From assembly GCF_009914755.1 (NCBI RefSeq), contig NC_060941.1: a stretch of 64,000 bases of DNA; one strand, 5' to 3'. Position numbers and translations under genes: made by a program. The notes under the pieces are model-generated. The model worked only from the letters and a program-made list of their open reading frames with translations. It searched no databases and was not told the origin of the DNA. Origin of the DNA: the human T2T-CHM13v2.0 reference genome, Homo sapiens. This document shows positions 33,979 through 55,511 of this stretch, piece by piece; position 1 is the stretch's first letter; the number at the start of each line of letters is the position of its first letter.

Positions 33979-34731
33979 TGATCCACCCGCCTCAGCCTCC
34001 CAAAGTGCTGGGATTACAGGCGTAAGCCACCACACTTGGCCCTTTTTTTTTTTTTTTTTTTTTTTTTGATACGGCATCTTGCTGTCATCCAGACTGGAGT
34101 GCAGTGGCACCATCTTGACTCACTGCAACCTCTGCCTCCCGGGTTCATGCCTTCTCCTGCCTCAGCCTCCCGAGTAGCTGGGACTACAGGCACCTGCCAC
34201 CACACCCGGCTAATTTTTGTGTTTTTAGTAGATACGGGGTTTCACCATGTTGGTGAACAGGCTGATCTCGAACCCCTGACCTCAAGTAATCTGCCCGCCT
34301 TGGCCTCCCAAAGTGTGAGGATTACAGGTGTGAGTCAACATGCCAGGCCAAAAAGAAAAAAAAAAATTAGATAAAAGTTTTGTTAAAAAAACAAACAAAA
34401 AAAACCTGGGCTGGGTGTGGTGGCTCACGCCTGTAATCCTAGCACTTTGGGAGGCTGAGGTGGGTAGATCACCTGAGGTCAGGAGTTCGAGACCAGCCTG
34501 ACTAACATGGTGAAACCTTGTCTCTACTAAAAATAGAAAAATTAGGCAAGAGTGGTGGCACATGCCTGTAATCCCAGCTACCCGGGAGGCTGAGGCTGCA
34601 GTGAGCCAAGATCGCATCACTGCACTCTAGCTTGGGCAACAGAGTGAGATTCTGTCTCAAAAAAAAAAAAAAAAAAAAAAAAAAAGGAAAAAACCTAAAT
34701 GTCTATACGATTTATATTTCTAAAATTTTAG

Positions 34732-34998
<267 letters not shown>

Positions 34999-35364
34999 TA
35001 GCCAGGATGGTCTCGATCTCCTGACCTCGTGATCCGCCCACCTTGGCCTCCCAAAGTGCTGAGATTACAGGCGTGAGTCACTGCACCCGGCCTCTCATCG
35101 TATTTTCAAACCCACCTTTTCCCTCATAATATCTCACTCTCATCATATACATTCTACTTCTTCCTTTAAATATTTGAACATTTTAAACATATTTCTTTTA
35201 TATTTTATTTTATTTTAAGAGACGGGGTTGCCAGGCGTGGTGGATCACGTCTGTAATCCTGGCACTTTGGGAGACCGAGGGGGGCAAATTGCTTGAGCCC
35301 AGGAGTTCAAGACCAGCTTGGGCAACATGGTGAAACCCCATCTCTACAAAACATACAAAAATGT

Positions 35365-35887
<523 letters not shown>

Positions 35888-37147
35888 TCATGGCTCACTG
35901 CACCCTTGTACTACCAAGCTCAAGAGATCCTCCCACCTCAGCCTCCTGAGTAGCTGAGATTACATGTGTGCATTACTACATCCAGCTAAACAAAACTTAG
36001 TAAACAGTTAACTAGATCCTGCTATACAGTGAATTAATGAATTAGAACAAACATGAGGAAATCATTCAGGAAGTGGTAAAGAGATAGAAAATAAGAAAGA
36101 CAGAATGAAAGACATGGTGTATAGCATGAGAAGCTCCAAAACAGGAATTCAGAAGGAGAAAAATCACAACAGTGGAGGGAAGGCAGCAGACAAAGAGGTA
36201 ATGGGGGAAGTTTCCTGAACTGAAGAAAGACAGGAGTTTGCCAGCTGAAGAAGCAGAAGTCCTGAGTAGGATAAATAAAAGCAAGTCTATATCTAACACA
36301 TTCCTGTGGGATTGCAGAACATCAAGGGAGATAGAAAATCTTAAAGGCTACTAAAGAGAACAGATACCTACATCAGAACAAGAAACAGACTGATAGGGGA
36401 TTTCATGTCATTGCAGGAGTTTCCAGAAGACAATGACATGTCATCAAAGTGTTGAGGGAAATAACTACCAACCAAGAATCTTATTTCTAGCTATACTTAC
36501 ATTCAAAAGTAAGGCTGAAATAAAGTTGTTTTCAGACACATAAATATTAAGAAAGTTTATTACTTATAGATATTTGCTGAAAGAACTACTAAAAGATTAT
36601 TTCAGTATCTATCTTTATTGTCTTTACAAATCCAGAAGGAAGGAGTGAAATACAAGAAGAAATGGTAAATATATAAATTGGTACATCTAAATAAGTATTG
36701 ACCACTAAAACAATAAAATAAACAACCAAACCAAATATTAACGTAGAAGATGGGAATGGAAAGTTCCCATCTCTATCTTGTTCAGAAGAGTAGAGAAACT
36801 GAAAACATTTAAAATGAAAGTGTAAATTTACAAATACTAGAAATAGAATGTATACCTTTCAAATTATTGGAGGGGAAAAAAAAGAGAATAAAAAGAAACA
36901 ACAGCAAAAGGCAGGAATAGAGGGCAAGAAGCACAAAAAATGATGAAAAAGGTCAGGTGCAGTGGCTCACGCCTGTAATCCCAGCACTTTGAGAGGCCAC
37001 ACTGGGAGGATTGCTTGAGCCAGGAGTTTGAGATCAGCCTGAGCAACATAACTATAACCTGTCTCTTAAGAAGAAAAGAGATCGGGTGCGGTGGCTCACG
37101 TCTGTAATCCCAGCACTTTGGGAGGCCAAAGTGGGAGGATCACCCTA

Positions 37148-37546
<399 letters not shown>

Positions 37547-37599
37547 CTACATGTATACATATGGACAGATTTCAAAAATATGTTGAAGGGAGAAAGTGA

Positions 37600-37839
<240 letters not shown>

Positions 37840-37905
37840 TGATCTGCCCACCTTGGCCTCCCAAAGTGCTGGGATTACAAGCGTGAGCCACTGCACCTGC
37901 CCTGA

Positions 37906-38184
<279 letters not shown>

Positions 38185-38187
38185 TGA

Positions 38188-38515
<328 letters not shown>

Positions 38516-39113
38516 TGAAGTGATCCACCCACCTCAGCCTCCCAAAGTGCTGGGATTACAGGTGTGAGCCACCACACCCACCCCTTCCTTGCTCTTTCGA
38601 AACACACAGGAGCTGGGAGCGGTGGCTCAGTCCTATAATCCCAGTGCTTTGGGAGACTGAGGTGGGCAGATCACTTGAGACCAGGAGTTCGTGACCAACC
38701 TGGGCAACACAGTGAAACCTGGTCTCTACAAAAAAATAAAACATTAGCTAGGCATGGTAGCACACTCCTGTGGTCTCAGCTACTTGGGAAGCTGAGGTAG
38801 GAGGATCTGCTTGAGCCCAGGAGGTCAAGGCTACAGTGAGCTGTGATCACGCCACTGCACTCCAGCTTTCAGGCCACTGCACTCCAGCTTGGTTGACATG
38901 GCGAGACCTTGTCCAAGAAAAAAAAAAAAATAGAAAACCTCAGGAAACTCCCCCTCTGCTCCCCCACCATGGATATGAACAATGAAGAATACAGCCCCAA
39001 TTGCTACTGGAAAACACCCAACAATGATGAAAGCAGTCAGCCTTAGGATGAAGTCAACAATGAATTCAGTAGGACGGAGATGGAAAAAACCCGAGTCATG
39101 GAAACATCACTGA

Positions 39114-39468
<355 letters not shown>

Positions 39469-40110
39469 GAACTAAATAATTTTCTTATTGGCTATGCCAC
39501 TTTGCATTCGGTTTTCTATGACTTGCAGCCAAACTTATAGTAAATGATACAATGGATGTGGAGAAGTGGAGCCATATAGGACTATTAGGGAGGTAGAATT
39601 AGCAAGATTCAGCCAAAAGTTAGATATGGTGGTGAGAAAGAGAGAAGTGTCAAGATTGATCCTAGACTTCTGGCTTGAGTGGTACCATCTCTGAGATGGG
39701 GAACATCAAAGGAAGATCAGGATGGGGTTAGGGACACTAGTGGAGATCATCTGAACAGCTTGGCTGTGTTGGGTTCAGGGAATCTGTTGGAAGTCATCTA
39801 ACTAGAGATGTCTGAAAGGTAGTTAAAGAGTATACTGTGTTGAATAGTATCTCCCCAGAATGCAGGTCCACCTGGAACCTCTGTTTATGACCTTACTTGG
39901 AAACCAGGTCTTTGCAGATGAAATAAGGTAAATTGAGATGAGTTCATACTGGATTAGACTAGGCACCAAATACAATGACTGGTGTCCTTATGAGAAGACC
40001 ATGTAAAGACACAGTGAAGGCCGGGCACAGTAGCTCACACCTGTAATCCCAGCACTTTGGGAGGCCAAGGCGGGCGGATTCCTTGAGGTCAGGAGTTCAA
40101 GACCAGCCTA

Positions 40111-40374
<264 letters not shown>

Positions 40375-41673
40375 TTAGAATGATGCCTCTACAAGCCAAG
40401 GAGTACTAGGCATTGCTGGCAACCACCAGAAGAAAGGAGGGAGGTCTGGGACAGTTTCTGCCTTAACTTTCTCCTTAAGTCAAGGAACCACCCTTGATTT
40501 AAGACTTCTGGCCTACAGAACTGTGAGAGAATACATTTCTGCTGTTTTAAGCCAAGTTTGTAGCAGTTTGTTACAGTAGCCCTAAGAAACTAATACAAAA
40601 AGAGATGTGTGAATTTGAAATATAGATCTGGGAGCCACCAGCAAAGTAGTTATTGAACTCTTGGGAGTAGATTAGATTACCTCAGGAGAGTATAGAATGA
40701 GAAGCGAAAAGAAGGCCAAGAACAAACCCTGAGCAAGACTGACATTGATGGAACCGAAAGAAGAAAAGGAGTGGACAAAAAACAGTGAGCAGGAGCAGCA
40801 GAGAGAGGTGATTTGGAAGTCAAGGGGAAAGAGGTATCTAAAGAAAGAAGTGTTCAATAGTCTCAGTGGTGTAGAGATATTACATGTAAGAAAAACTGAA
40901 AAAGAGTCCATTGGGTGTGGCAATGGAAGTCACTTGTCTTCCCTACCAAAGCCGTTTCAGAAGAGTGGGAAGGACAGAGATACGAATGCTATGATTGAAG
41001 ACTGAGTGGCCGATGAGGACATTGAAATGGCCACCATTCTTTTAAAGCCTGGGGCTACGAAAGGCAGAGTGAGAATGGATGATTCTCCAGAATCACCTTC
41101 CAGAAAGGGAATTAGAGTCTTTGGTGGGTTTTATGTTTCATTTTGAGATGAAAGAGATTTAAGCATGTTTACAGGCTGAAAAAAAGGATCTTGAAAAAGG
41201 ATCAGTAGAAGAAAGTTTAAAATTGCAGGAATAGAATGTGGAGACCAAAAAACAGAAATTCAAACTAGTAGATATAACTTGTTAGATCTTTAAGACAAAA
41301 AGCGAATGAGAGTCTTTAAGGAGGGGCCATAACTCACCATTCCCTAAGTGGGGGCTGTGCATGGTGACTTTCTTCCAAAGAAGGCAGTAAAAAGGAAGAA
41401 AATAAAGTAACTTTTTAAGTGGAGAAACCTGACAAACTACCTCACGCCAGCGATAAGTCACTTGATAGTACGTATCCTTGACATGATGTGATGTGATGAG
41501 AATGGCTCTTTCTCTCTACGATCTTCCAAAAACATATTACCCTAGTCTAATCATGAGAAAAACAACAGACAAATCTTAATTGAGAGATAAAAATATACCT
41601 GACCAGGCCAGGTGCGATGGTTCATGTCTGTAATCCCAGCACTTTGGGAGACTGAGGAGGGAGGATCACTTGA

Positions 41674-42276
<603 letters not shown>

Positions 42277-42302
42277 TCAGGAGATCGAGACCATCCTGGC
42301 TA

Positions 42303-42584
<282 letters not shown>

Positions 42585-42922
42585 CTAGAGATGTCCACAT
42601 CCTAATCCCTAGAATTTGTAAATATGTTATTATGTGGCAAAAAGACTTTCCAGATGTTATTAAGGAACTTGGGATAGTGAAGCGAGATTGTTCTGAATTA
42701 TCTGGATATGTAATCACAAAGATCCTTATGAGGGAGGCAGGAAGAAAGGTCAGCGTCAAAGAGATTGAAATTTGAAGATGCTGTGCTGCTGGCTTTGGAG
42801 GTGGAGGAAAAGGCCATGAGCCAAGGAATGCAGGCTGCTTCTAAAACCTGGTAAAGGCAAAGAAATAGATTCTCCCCTAGAGCCTCCAGAAAAAAAATGC
42901 AGTCCTGCTTCCAGAATTGTAA

Positions 42923-43276
<354 letters not shown>

Positions 43277-43279
43277 TAA

Positions 43280-43468
<189 letters not shown>

Positions 43469-43496
43469 TGATGTTTTTGCTTTTGTTTTGAAATAA

Positions 43497-43835
<339 letters not shown>

Positions 43836-44444
43836 TGAGCCACCACGCCCAGCCTACTGCAGTCTTGACCTCCCAGGCTCAAGCAGTCCTCCCATCTCAG
43901 CCTCGCAAACAGCTGGGATTACAGGTGCGAGCCACCACAACTGGTAATTTTTTTTTTTTTTTAAAGTAGAGACGAGGTCTCGCTACGTTACCCAGGATGG
44001 TCTCGACCTCCTGAGCTCAAGCAGTCCTCCCACCTTGGCCTCCGAAAGTGTTGATATTATAGGTGTGAGCCACCATATCCAGCCATTTTTTTAATTAAAA
44101 AAATGTTTTTAATTGGAATAGCTTTTAAGGTACAAGTGATTTCTGGCTACATGGATGAATTGTAAAGTGGTGAAGTCTGGGATTTTAGTGCACACATCAC
44201 CTGAGTAGTGTACATTGTACCTGATATGCAGTTTTTTATCACTCACCTCCCTTCCACCCTCCCCCTCCTGAGTGTCCATAGTCCATGATATCACTCTGCA
44301 TGCGTTTGCATATCCACAGCTTAGCTCCCACTTCTAAGTGAGAACATACAGTATTTGGTTTTCCATTCCTCAGATACTTGACTTAGAATAATGTCCTCCA
44401 GCTCCATCCAAGTTGCTGCAAAATACATTATTTTGTTCTTTTTA

Positions 44445-44746
<302 letters not shown>

Positions 44747-44910
44747 TCAAAAAAAAAAAAGAAAAGAAAAGAAAAAAGAAATCTCCATACTGTTTTGCAT
44801 AGAGGTTATACTAGTTTACATTCCCACCAGCAGTGTATAAGTGTTCCCTTTTTATGGGGCAATTTGTTTTAGCAGCAATAGGAAATTAATAGGGGTTAAA
44901 AGCTAAATCA

Positions 44911-45054
<144 letters not shown>

Positions 45055-45570
45055 CTACTAAAAATACAAAAATTAGCCAGGCACGGTGGCGTGCACCTGT
45101 GGGCCCAGCTACTCAGGAGGCTGAGGTAGGAGGATCGCTTGAGCCTGGAAGTGGAGGTTGCAGTGATCCAGATCGCGCCACTGTACTCCACCCTGGGCAA
45201 CAGAGTGAGACTCTGTCTTAAAAAAAAAAAAAAAAGTCACAAAAAAGACAAAGAAACATAAAATAGTAGAGACATATAAGAAAACTAGAATATCATTTCA
45301 GGAGGTCCAACATCCAACCAATAGAAGTTGCAAAAAAACACATTAAATACAAGTGAGAAAATGATTTTTTTAAAAATTACAGGAATATTTCCAAGAATTG
45401 AAGAACATAGATTTCCTAAGGTTGGAAAAGTCTACTAAATGCCCGGAAAAATAAAGAAAATAAGATTTTCACCAAAGCATAGCCTCAGGAAATTCAGATT
45501 TTTAGGGATTAAAAAAAATCCAAAAACTTTTAGAAAGAAAAAAAAATCTTATACAAAGAATCAGAAATCA

Positions 45571-46059
<489 letters not shown>

Positions 46060-46526
46060 TCAGGACACTATTAGAGAATGTGCTTTACCAAAACAAGAGG
46101 ATAAACTACGAAAGAGGAAGATATAGGGTTCAACGCTGAAGGCAAGCAAAGGGAATGCCCAGGACATCAGTCAAGAGAAGTCTCTGGGCAGTAGCTACGT
46201 ACAGGGAGAAAATTCCCCAGATTGGAACCGAACAGAAGCTTCCAGGCTAGGCATGGTGGCTCACACCTGTAATCCCAGCACTTTGGGAAGCCAAGGTGAG
46301 CGGATCACTTGAGCCCAGGAGCTTGAGGCCAGCCTGAGCAGCATGGCAAATCCCTGTCTCCACAAAAAATTCAAAAATTAGCTGGGCATGGTGGCATGCA
46401 TCTGTAGTCCCAACTACTTGGGAGGCTGGGGTGGGAGGCTTCCAGAAAGGAGGTCTCCTGGGGGAAAAATGGAGCTGAGACATGATCTGAGAGGTTCAAA
46501 TGTAGAATATCATATTAGAAGTATTT

Positions 46527-46735
46527 TTTTAACCATTTTTTTATTATTATACTTTAAGTTCTAGGGTACATGTGCACAACGTGCAGGTTTGTTACATATG
46601 TATACATGTGCCATGTTGGTGTGCTGCACCTGTTAACTCGTCATTTACATTAGGTATATCTCCTAATGCTGTCCCTCCCTACTCCCCCCACCCCTGTGTG
46701 ACAGGCCCTGGTGTGTGATGTTCCCCACCCTGTGG
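46527..46735 (-). mobile_element. Short 5'-truncated L1PA insertion with TSD
   Basis: ttattattatactttaagttctagggtacatgtgcacaacgtgcagg...; TSD TAGAAGTATTT at 46516-46526 and 46736-46746. Confidence 0.9.
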
Positions 46736-46776
46736 TAGAAGTATTTAATGAAGATGCTGGGAAACTGAACCTATGA

Positions 46777-47109
<333 letters not shown>

Positions 47110-47417
47110 TGAGTAGCTGGGATTACAGGCTTGTGCCACCATGCCCAGCTAACTTTTTTATATTTTTAGTAGAGACAGGGTTTCTCCATGTTGGTCAGGC
47201 TGGTCTCGAACTCCCAACCTCAGGGAATCCGTCCACCTCAGCCTTCTAAAGTGCTGGTATTACAGGTGTGAGCCACCGTGCCCGGCCCTTTTTTTTTTTT
47301 TTTTTTTTTGAAACAGAGTCTCACTCTGTTGCCCAGGCTGGAGTGCAGTGATGCCATCTCGGCTCACGCAACCTCTGCCTCCTGGGTTCAAGCAATCCTC
47401 CTGCCTCAGCCTCCTGA

Positions 47418-47600
<183 letters not shown>

Positions 47601-47828
47601 TAAAATCTTATCTGCCAAAACCTATAATACATAATGTCAAAATTGATGAATACCAGGAAAAAAAAGCTTAAAAAGTTGAAAATGGTAACCTCTGGGCAGA
47701 GTAGCTGCTGGGTTTTTAAAAAATATGTAGGCCAGGTGCGGTGGCTCACACCTGAAATCCCAACACTTTGGGAGGCCGAGGCGGGTGGAAGATCACTTAA
47801 GGTCAGGAGTTTGAGACTAGTCTGGTCA

Positions 47829-48146
<318 letters not shown>

Positions 48147-48404
48147 CTAACAAAATATAGCAGTTGCTTTTTAAAATACTAGATAAAAAGGGGCTATTGA
48201 TTAAATGAAGTTCCTGAGATGGTAGGAAGGTGTATAATCCAGGACAGGAAGTGCTGATCATCTGGGGCTGGAGATAAAGAGGTGAGGTGGGTGTGGTAAT
48301 AGATACTCCTGCAGGTATTGCAGGTTCCAGGGGCAGAAAGTTGAGGAAATCCATGCCTGATGAAATAGGTTGTAATGTCACCTGCTGGGAGCAAAGGGAG
48401 TCTA

Positions 48405-48896
<492 letters not shown>

Positions 48897-50408
48897 TCAC
48901 CCAGGCTGGAGTACAGTGGCGCGATCTCAGCTCACTGCAACCTCCACCCCCAGAATCAAGCCATTCCCCTGCCTCAGCCTTCCCAGTAGCTAGGATTACA
49001 GGTATGTGCCACCATGCCCTGGCTAATTTTTGTATTTTTAGTAGAAACAGGGTTTCACCATGTTGGCCAGGCTGGTCTCCAACTCCTGACCTCAAGTGAT
49101 TCACCCGCCTCGGCCTTCCAAAGTGCTGCGATTACAGGCATGAGCCATAGTGTGTGGCCTACCCTTCCTTCTTATACCAAGAATATAAAAGAATTGGAGA
49201 CAGAGGCAGAAAGAAAATTTTGGGAGATAGCTGTGTTGTGAATCCCACTGCCCTTCAGGGGAAGGGGTGAAGGAGCTTCACTGCAAGGCAAAGGAGAAGG
49301 CTACGAGGGGCCCACTCTGAAAGCTTAAGATGTGTCCCCTGCAGACTAGAATCTAAAGGTCAGAAGTTAGGCTGGGCAACTGCTGAGGGATGAGGCCAAG
49401 CAAAGGAGGCTGATTGAGTAAGAACAAGCCCACATGCCAGAATTGGCCACGGCAAAGCATGTGTGAGTGCTTCCCATGGATGAAAGGGAGGTCATGCCTG
49501 AGAGGGAGCTGGAATGGGGTTGTAGCGACTTAGACCTGGAGCACAGATGTGTCCTTAGCAGAATGACACTGGAGGTGACCACCAGGTACCTAGGAGCTGT
49601 AGAAGGAACAGGTAGCCAGAGTGGAGATGCATAGACCTAGATCAAAGTTATTGCAGGTGGGGGCTCTCCCAAGAACCATTAAGTGCCCACAAAACTGACA
49701 GCTGTGAAGAGTTGCCAGATACAGAGTAGTGTGAAGCCATCTAACCACAGGACCAGTCAAGTAAGAAATTTTCTGCCCTCTTCCTCTCTTGTTCCTTCCA
49801 CTCCTGGAAGGGTCAGAAACCAGTGAAATAGTGGGAGAAAGAAAAAAGGTTCATGCTGGGCATGGTGGCTCACGTCTGTAATCCCAGCACTTTGGGAGGC
49901 CGAGGCAGATGGATCACGAAGTCAGGAGATTGAGACCACGGTGAAACCCCGTCTCTACTAAAAATACAAAAAATTAGCCAGGCGTGGTGGCTGGTGCCTG
50001 TAGTCCCAGCTACTCGGGAGGCTGAGGCAGGAGAATGGCGTGAACCCGGAAGACGGAGATGCAGTGAGCCGAAATTAGCGCCACTGCACTCCAGCCTGGG
50101 CGACAGAGCGAGACTCTGTCTCAAAAAAAAAAAAAAAAAAAAAAAGAAAGAAAGAAAGAAAAAAGGGTTCACTTTCCCTGGGTCCCTGGGTCCAGGATTT
50201 CTGCCTAAAGCATGTCCTGTCTGGGATTACAAATAGATGACTTACTTTTGAATGGGGATTGAAGTTTTGGTTGCTACCACCATACACTGAACATACGCAT
50301 TTAAAATTGAGATTGTCTTTTTTGTGATTTAAAGTAACTATCTAGGCCCAGTTGAGGTGACTCAGGCCTATAATCCCAGCACTCTGGGAGGCCAAGGCAG
50401 GCAGATCA

Positions 50409-50971
<563 letters not shown>

Positions 50972-51548
50972 CTAACTTTTTATTACCAACAAGTGTCAAG
51001 AAAAGCCATGAGACCATTCAAATTTACATCTAAGGCAAAGAAGAGAAACTAGCCCCACCAGAAAAAGAAATAAATAAAGGGGCCGAGGAGATGAGAATAA
51101 AGTTGCTTTCCTAGCTACTCTGTTGTTCACACGAGTCAAGAGGAAGAGGGATGCCTATAAGCAACATGATAAAAAATACAGACTTTTGAAACAAAGAGAA
51201 TTGAGTTTGTAATGTGGCTCTGCCACTTCCTAGCTTATGTGGCCTCAGGTTGATAACATAAGTTCTCTGAGTGTTTTCTGCATTAGAAAATGGAGCTAGT
51301 TAGGCATATCTCCCAGGGTTATTTGGGAGCACTAAACTAGATAACATTTGGAAAAAGACTTAAAAACATATTGGTTTTCTTCCTTTCTCCTCTTTGTTAT
51401 AGGATGCTGTGGTTGGCTGGTCAGCCTGGGTAAGCCAGGGAAGATTTCCTGCAGGTGGTGACTCTTTACACTGTCTTCTCCAAAGGACAAAAGAGAAGCA
51501 GATTGGCAGAGGCGGATCATGGGATGCTCCAGACAAAAGCAAGATGAG

Positions 51549-51738
51549 ACTAGGGTTGGCAGATAAAATGCAGGATACATACCCAATTAAAGCTGAGTTT
51601 CAGATAAACAACAAATATTTTTTGAGTAGAAAAAAATGTTTGAGATCTACTGATACTGAAAAAAAAAGCCATTATTTACCTGATATTCACATTTAATTTA
51701 GTGTCCTATATTTTTACTTGCTCAGTCTAGCAACCCTG
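51549..51738 (+). mobile_element. MER53-like hAT element
   Basis: Imperfect TIRs tagggttggcaga...tctagcaaccctg; internal tttcagataaacaacaaata. Family name recalled. Confidence 0.7.
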
Positions 51739-53796
51739 AATGATACAGAGTTGGACTGCTTGGCTACAGTGGAGAGAGTGGGCTGAGTGTCACACAATAG
51801 GACAAGTCCCATCCTTGTACCTACTTTTCTAGCTGTTTCATAGGGGTTCTAGTTGAGAGGAAGTGACTAAATCTGCAGTATTGAGAAATTCACTTAGACT
51901 GAGTTGAATTGAGATGCTCTGAGTCATTTACACACAGAGCAAGCAGGCTGTGGAGGCTGGGCCCTTAGGACAACAGCTCTCCCAGCAGGTTGGCATCCTT
52001 TTATGCCTGGAAGCAGAGGAATGGATGACCTCAGAAAGGGTTCAGAAAGAAATGGAGGCAAGTTCTCCCCCAGTGCCTGCCCTGCTGCCTTTTCAGGCCC
52101 AGCCAGGCCCTGGCTCCCCTGCCTGTTTGAAGAGGTAGAAAGGCACAGGGCAAAAAAACAAGATCCTGCAGCAGCAGCCCCTCATGGGGGAGGTGGGTGC
52201 AGGCTGAACGCTGACTGGGCCCTTTGCTTTGTACCCATCCTGCTTATTCCCACACAACAAAAGCGCTGCTCAGCCGCCTGGCCAGCTCCATTGTGCACTT
52301 ACCACAAAGTGCTGAGTCCAAGGGCTTCCCTGGCCCCATGACCTCACTCCCTCTCCCCCGGCCTAGAGGCAAGGCCAGGGAGTCAAAGCCATCCACAAAA
52401 TTCCACTGAGCATCTATGCTGCTTGGCGTGTAGCCCTGGTGTCCAGAAGCCCAAGGTTCGAAATGCCCTGGTTACATATGGGGAGCTGTCATGGTCCTCT
52501 TAATGTCAGATATCACCTCTAAATCTAACAGCGCACCCCGCTGGACAGCCAGTTGTCTCATTCAGTTGTGCAATGGGTGTGCAGGCTGAGAACACAGTTT
52601 GCAACCTGTGTCCCCAAAAGATCCATGCCCTCTAGAAAACTAGACTGACAGAATACGCTGCTAAAATTTAATAAAGAAAAATATCGGAAAACAAGAAAAA
52701 TGGAGTGAATTTTCCAAATTCAAAGGAAACATTTTTTATCTGAATTTTTTTTCTAAAATCTGTGCTACTTGCTCCCACTTGTCTCTATGAGAATTTAGCA
52801 AAAGATGGTATCTGACTTGGCACAGTCAGTAATGCAATTACCATGTGGTGATGAGTTCTGAGTACCTAGCATTGCTCTAAATCCCTTTATTTCCCTTCAT
52901 CTGATAGCAGTGGTTAAGGTAGATATTATCACCCTATTTTGTGCCAGGAAGAAAGAAGATGGGCTTTGCAGTCAGATAGACATATACTGAAGTCCCTGCT
53001 AGGTTCCCTGGCCCAGAACTTCCCTGGCCTCTCAGAACCTCAGTTAGCTCATCTGTAAAATGGGTATTATTATCTACTTCACGGCATTGTGGTAAGGATT
53101 ACAAAGACACTGTCTGGTTTTGCAGTCAATGCTCAGTAAGCTGTAGTTATTATTAATAAGGATGAACAGGAGAGACCCATACTCAGCCTGGGAGAAGGGA
53201 TTCCAAGCTGGTTGCTCCCTTCATTACCACTCCTTGAGTGGCTCTGCTTTAACTTTCCTGGAATGAGATGGGGCTGGGGGCTGCCGCAAGGGAAGCAGCA
53301 GTGCCAGACAATGTCAGAGGGGGAATCCGCCAGAACTCTGTTAAAAACTATATTGAGTTGACATTTGGAAGGCTTGGTGGTCAGTACTGGAGAGCTGAGA
53401 ATCCTCAATCTTTCAGGACTTAAGGTGATTGAGAAAAGTGGATTGAGGCCAGATGAGGACTTATGACTCCAGGAATGTATGATGGATATTTGTAAATTGT
53501 TCTCACAATAACCCTGATTCCCACCCGACCACCACTATAGTTCTGTGCATGTGTGTTTGGGCTTTTCAATCAAACATAAAAGCCTCGCTTCTCTGCAAAA
53601 ATTAAAAATTAGCTAAGTTGATCTCCATGTACTAGCAATTCAGTAGGATGTAAAGCCCCCATATTACGATGCTGAGGGTGTGTGAAGCCCAAGCAGGCCA
53701 GTTGTGGCTGGGGTGAGAAGGCCAAACTCAGCTGGGTGCTCCTAGCAATAAGGACTATGCCACCAGAATCACAAAACCCAGTCATTCATTCATTCA

Positions 53797-54226
<430 letters not shown>

Positions 54227-54659
54227 TTATAGAGCATGGAGGCTAGTGGAAGAATTAGATAGGTAAACAATGTTTTATTTTTTAAAATCACTTAGTCTTA
54301 ATAGAAAATATGTTCCCAATGTTCAAAATTTAAAGATTACAGAAAAATATACTATGAAAAGTCTTGTCCTATATCTGAGGCCCAAGTGCCTCAGTTTCCC
54401 CCAACATTTGGAAACCAGTACTTCTAGTTCCTAAAGCAATTTCTGCAGCATGATCAATGTGATCTTGTGTAATTGGAAAAGCACAGGATGACATGAGGAC
54501 ACACTGTGAGGGCCTAAGCCAGCCTAAGAGTGGATGATTGAAAAAATGACTAAATGAGTGTTTCCCAAAGACCCTAATTCTGAAGAAAGGAAGGAGGAAG
54601 AGAAGGGAAAGGAAAGAAGAATCACCAACCATAGACAGCTAGTGCTTTAAGCCCTTGCA

Positions 54660-54678
54660 CAGCCACCAGGTGGCCAGA
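54660..54678 (+). promoter_or_regulatory. Candidate CTCF binding site ~3 kb upstream of CRYBA1
   Basis: CAGCCACCAGGTGGCCAGA contains the core CCACCAGGTGGC (54663-54674). Confidence 0.5.
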
Positions 54679-54805
54679 GCATGCTATGATACCAAAAGCA
54701 ACTCTGTCCCCTGCCAGACATCCGTCCAGACATCACGAGTTAATCAAGGCATCAGAAACATCCTTGGGGCGATGTGCCATGCTTAGCATCAGATTTATAT
54801 GTCTA

Positions 54806-55511
<706 letters not shown>

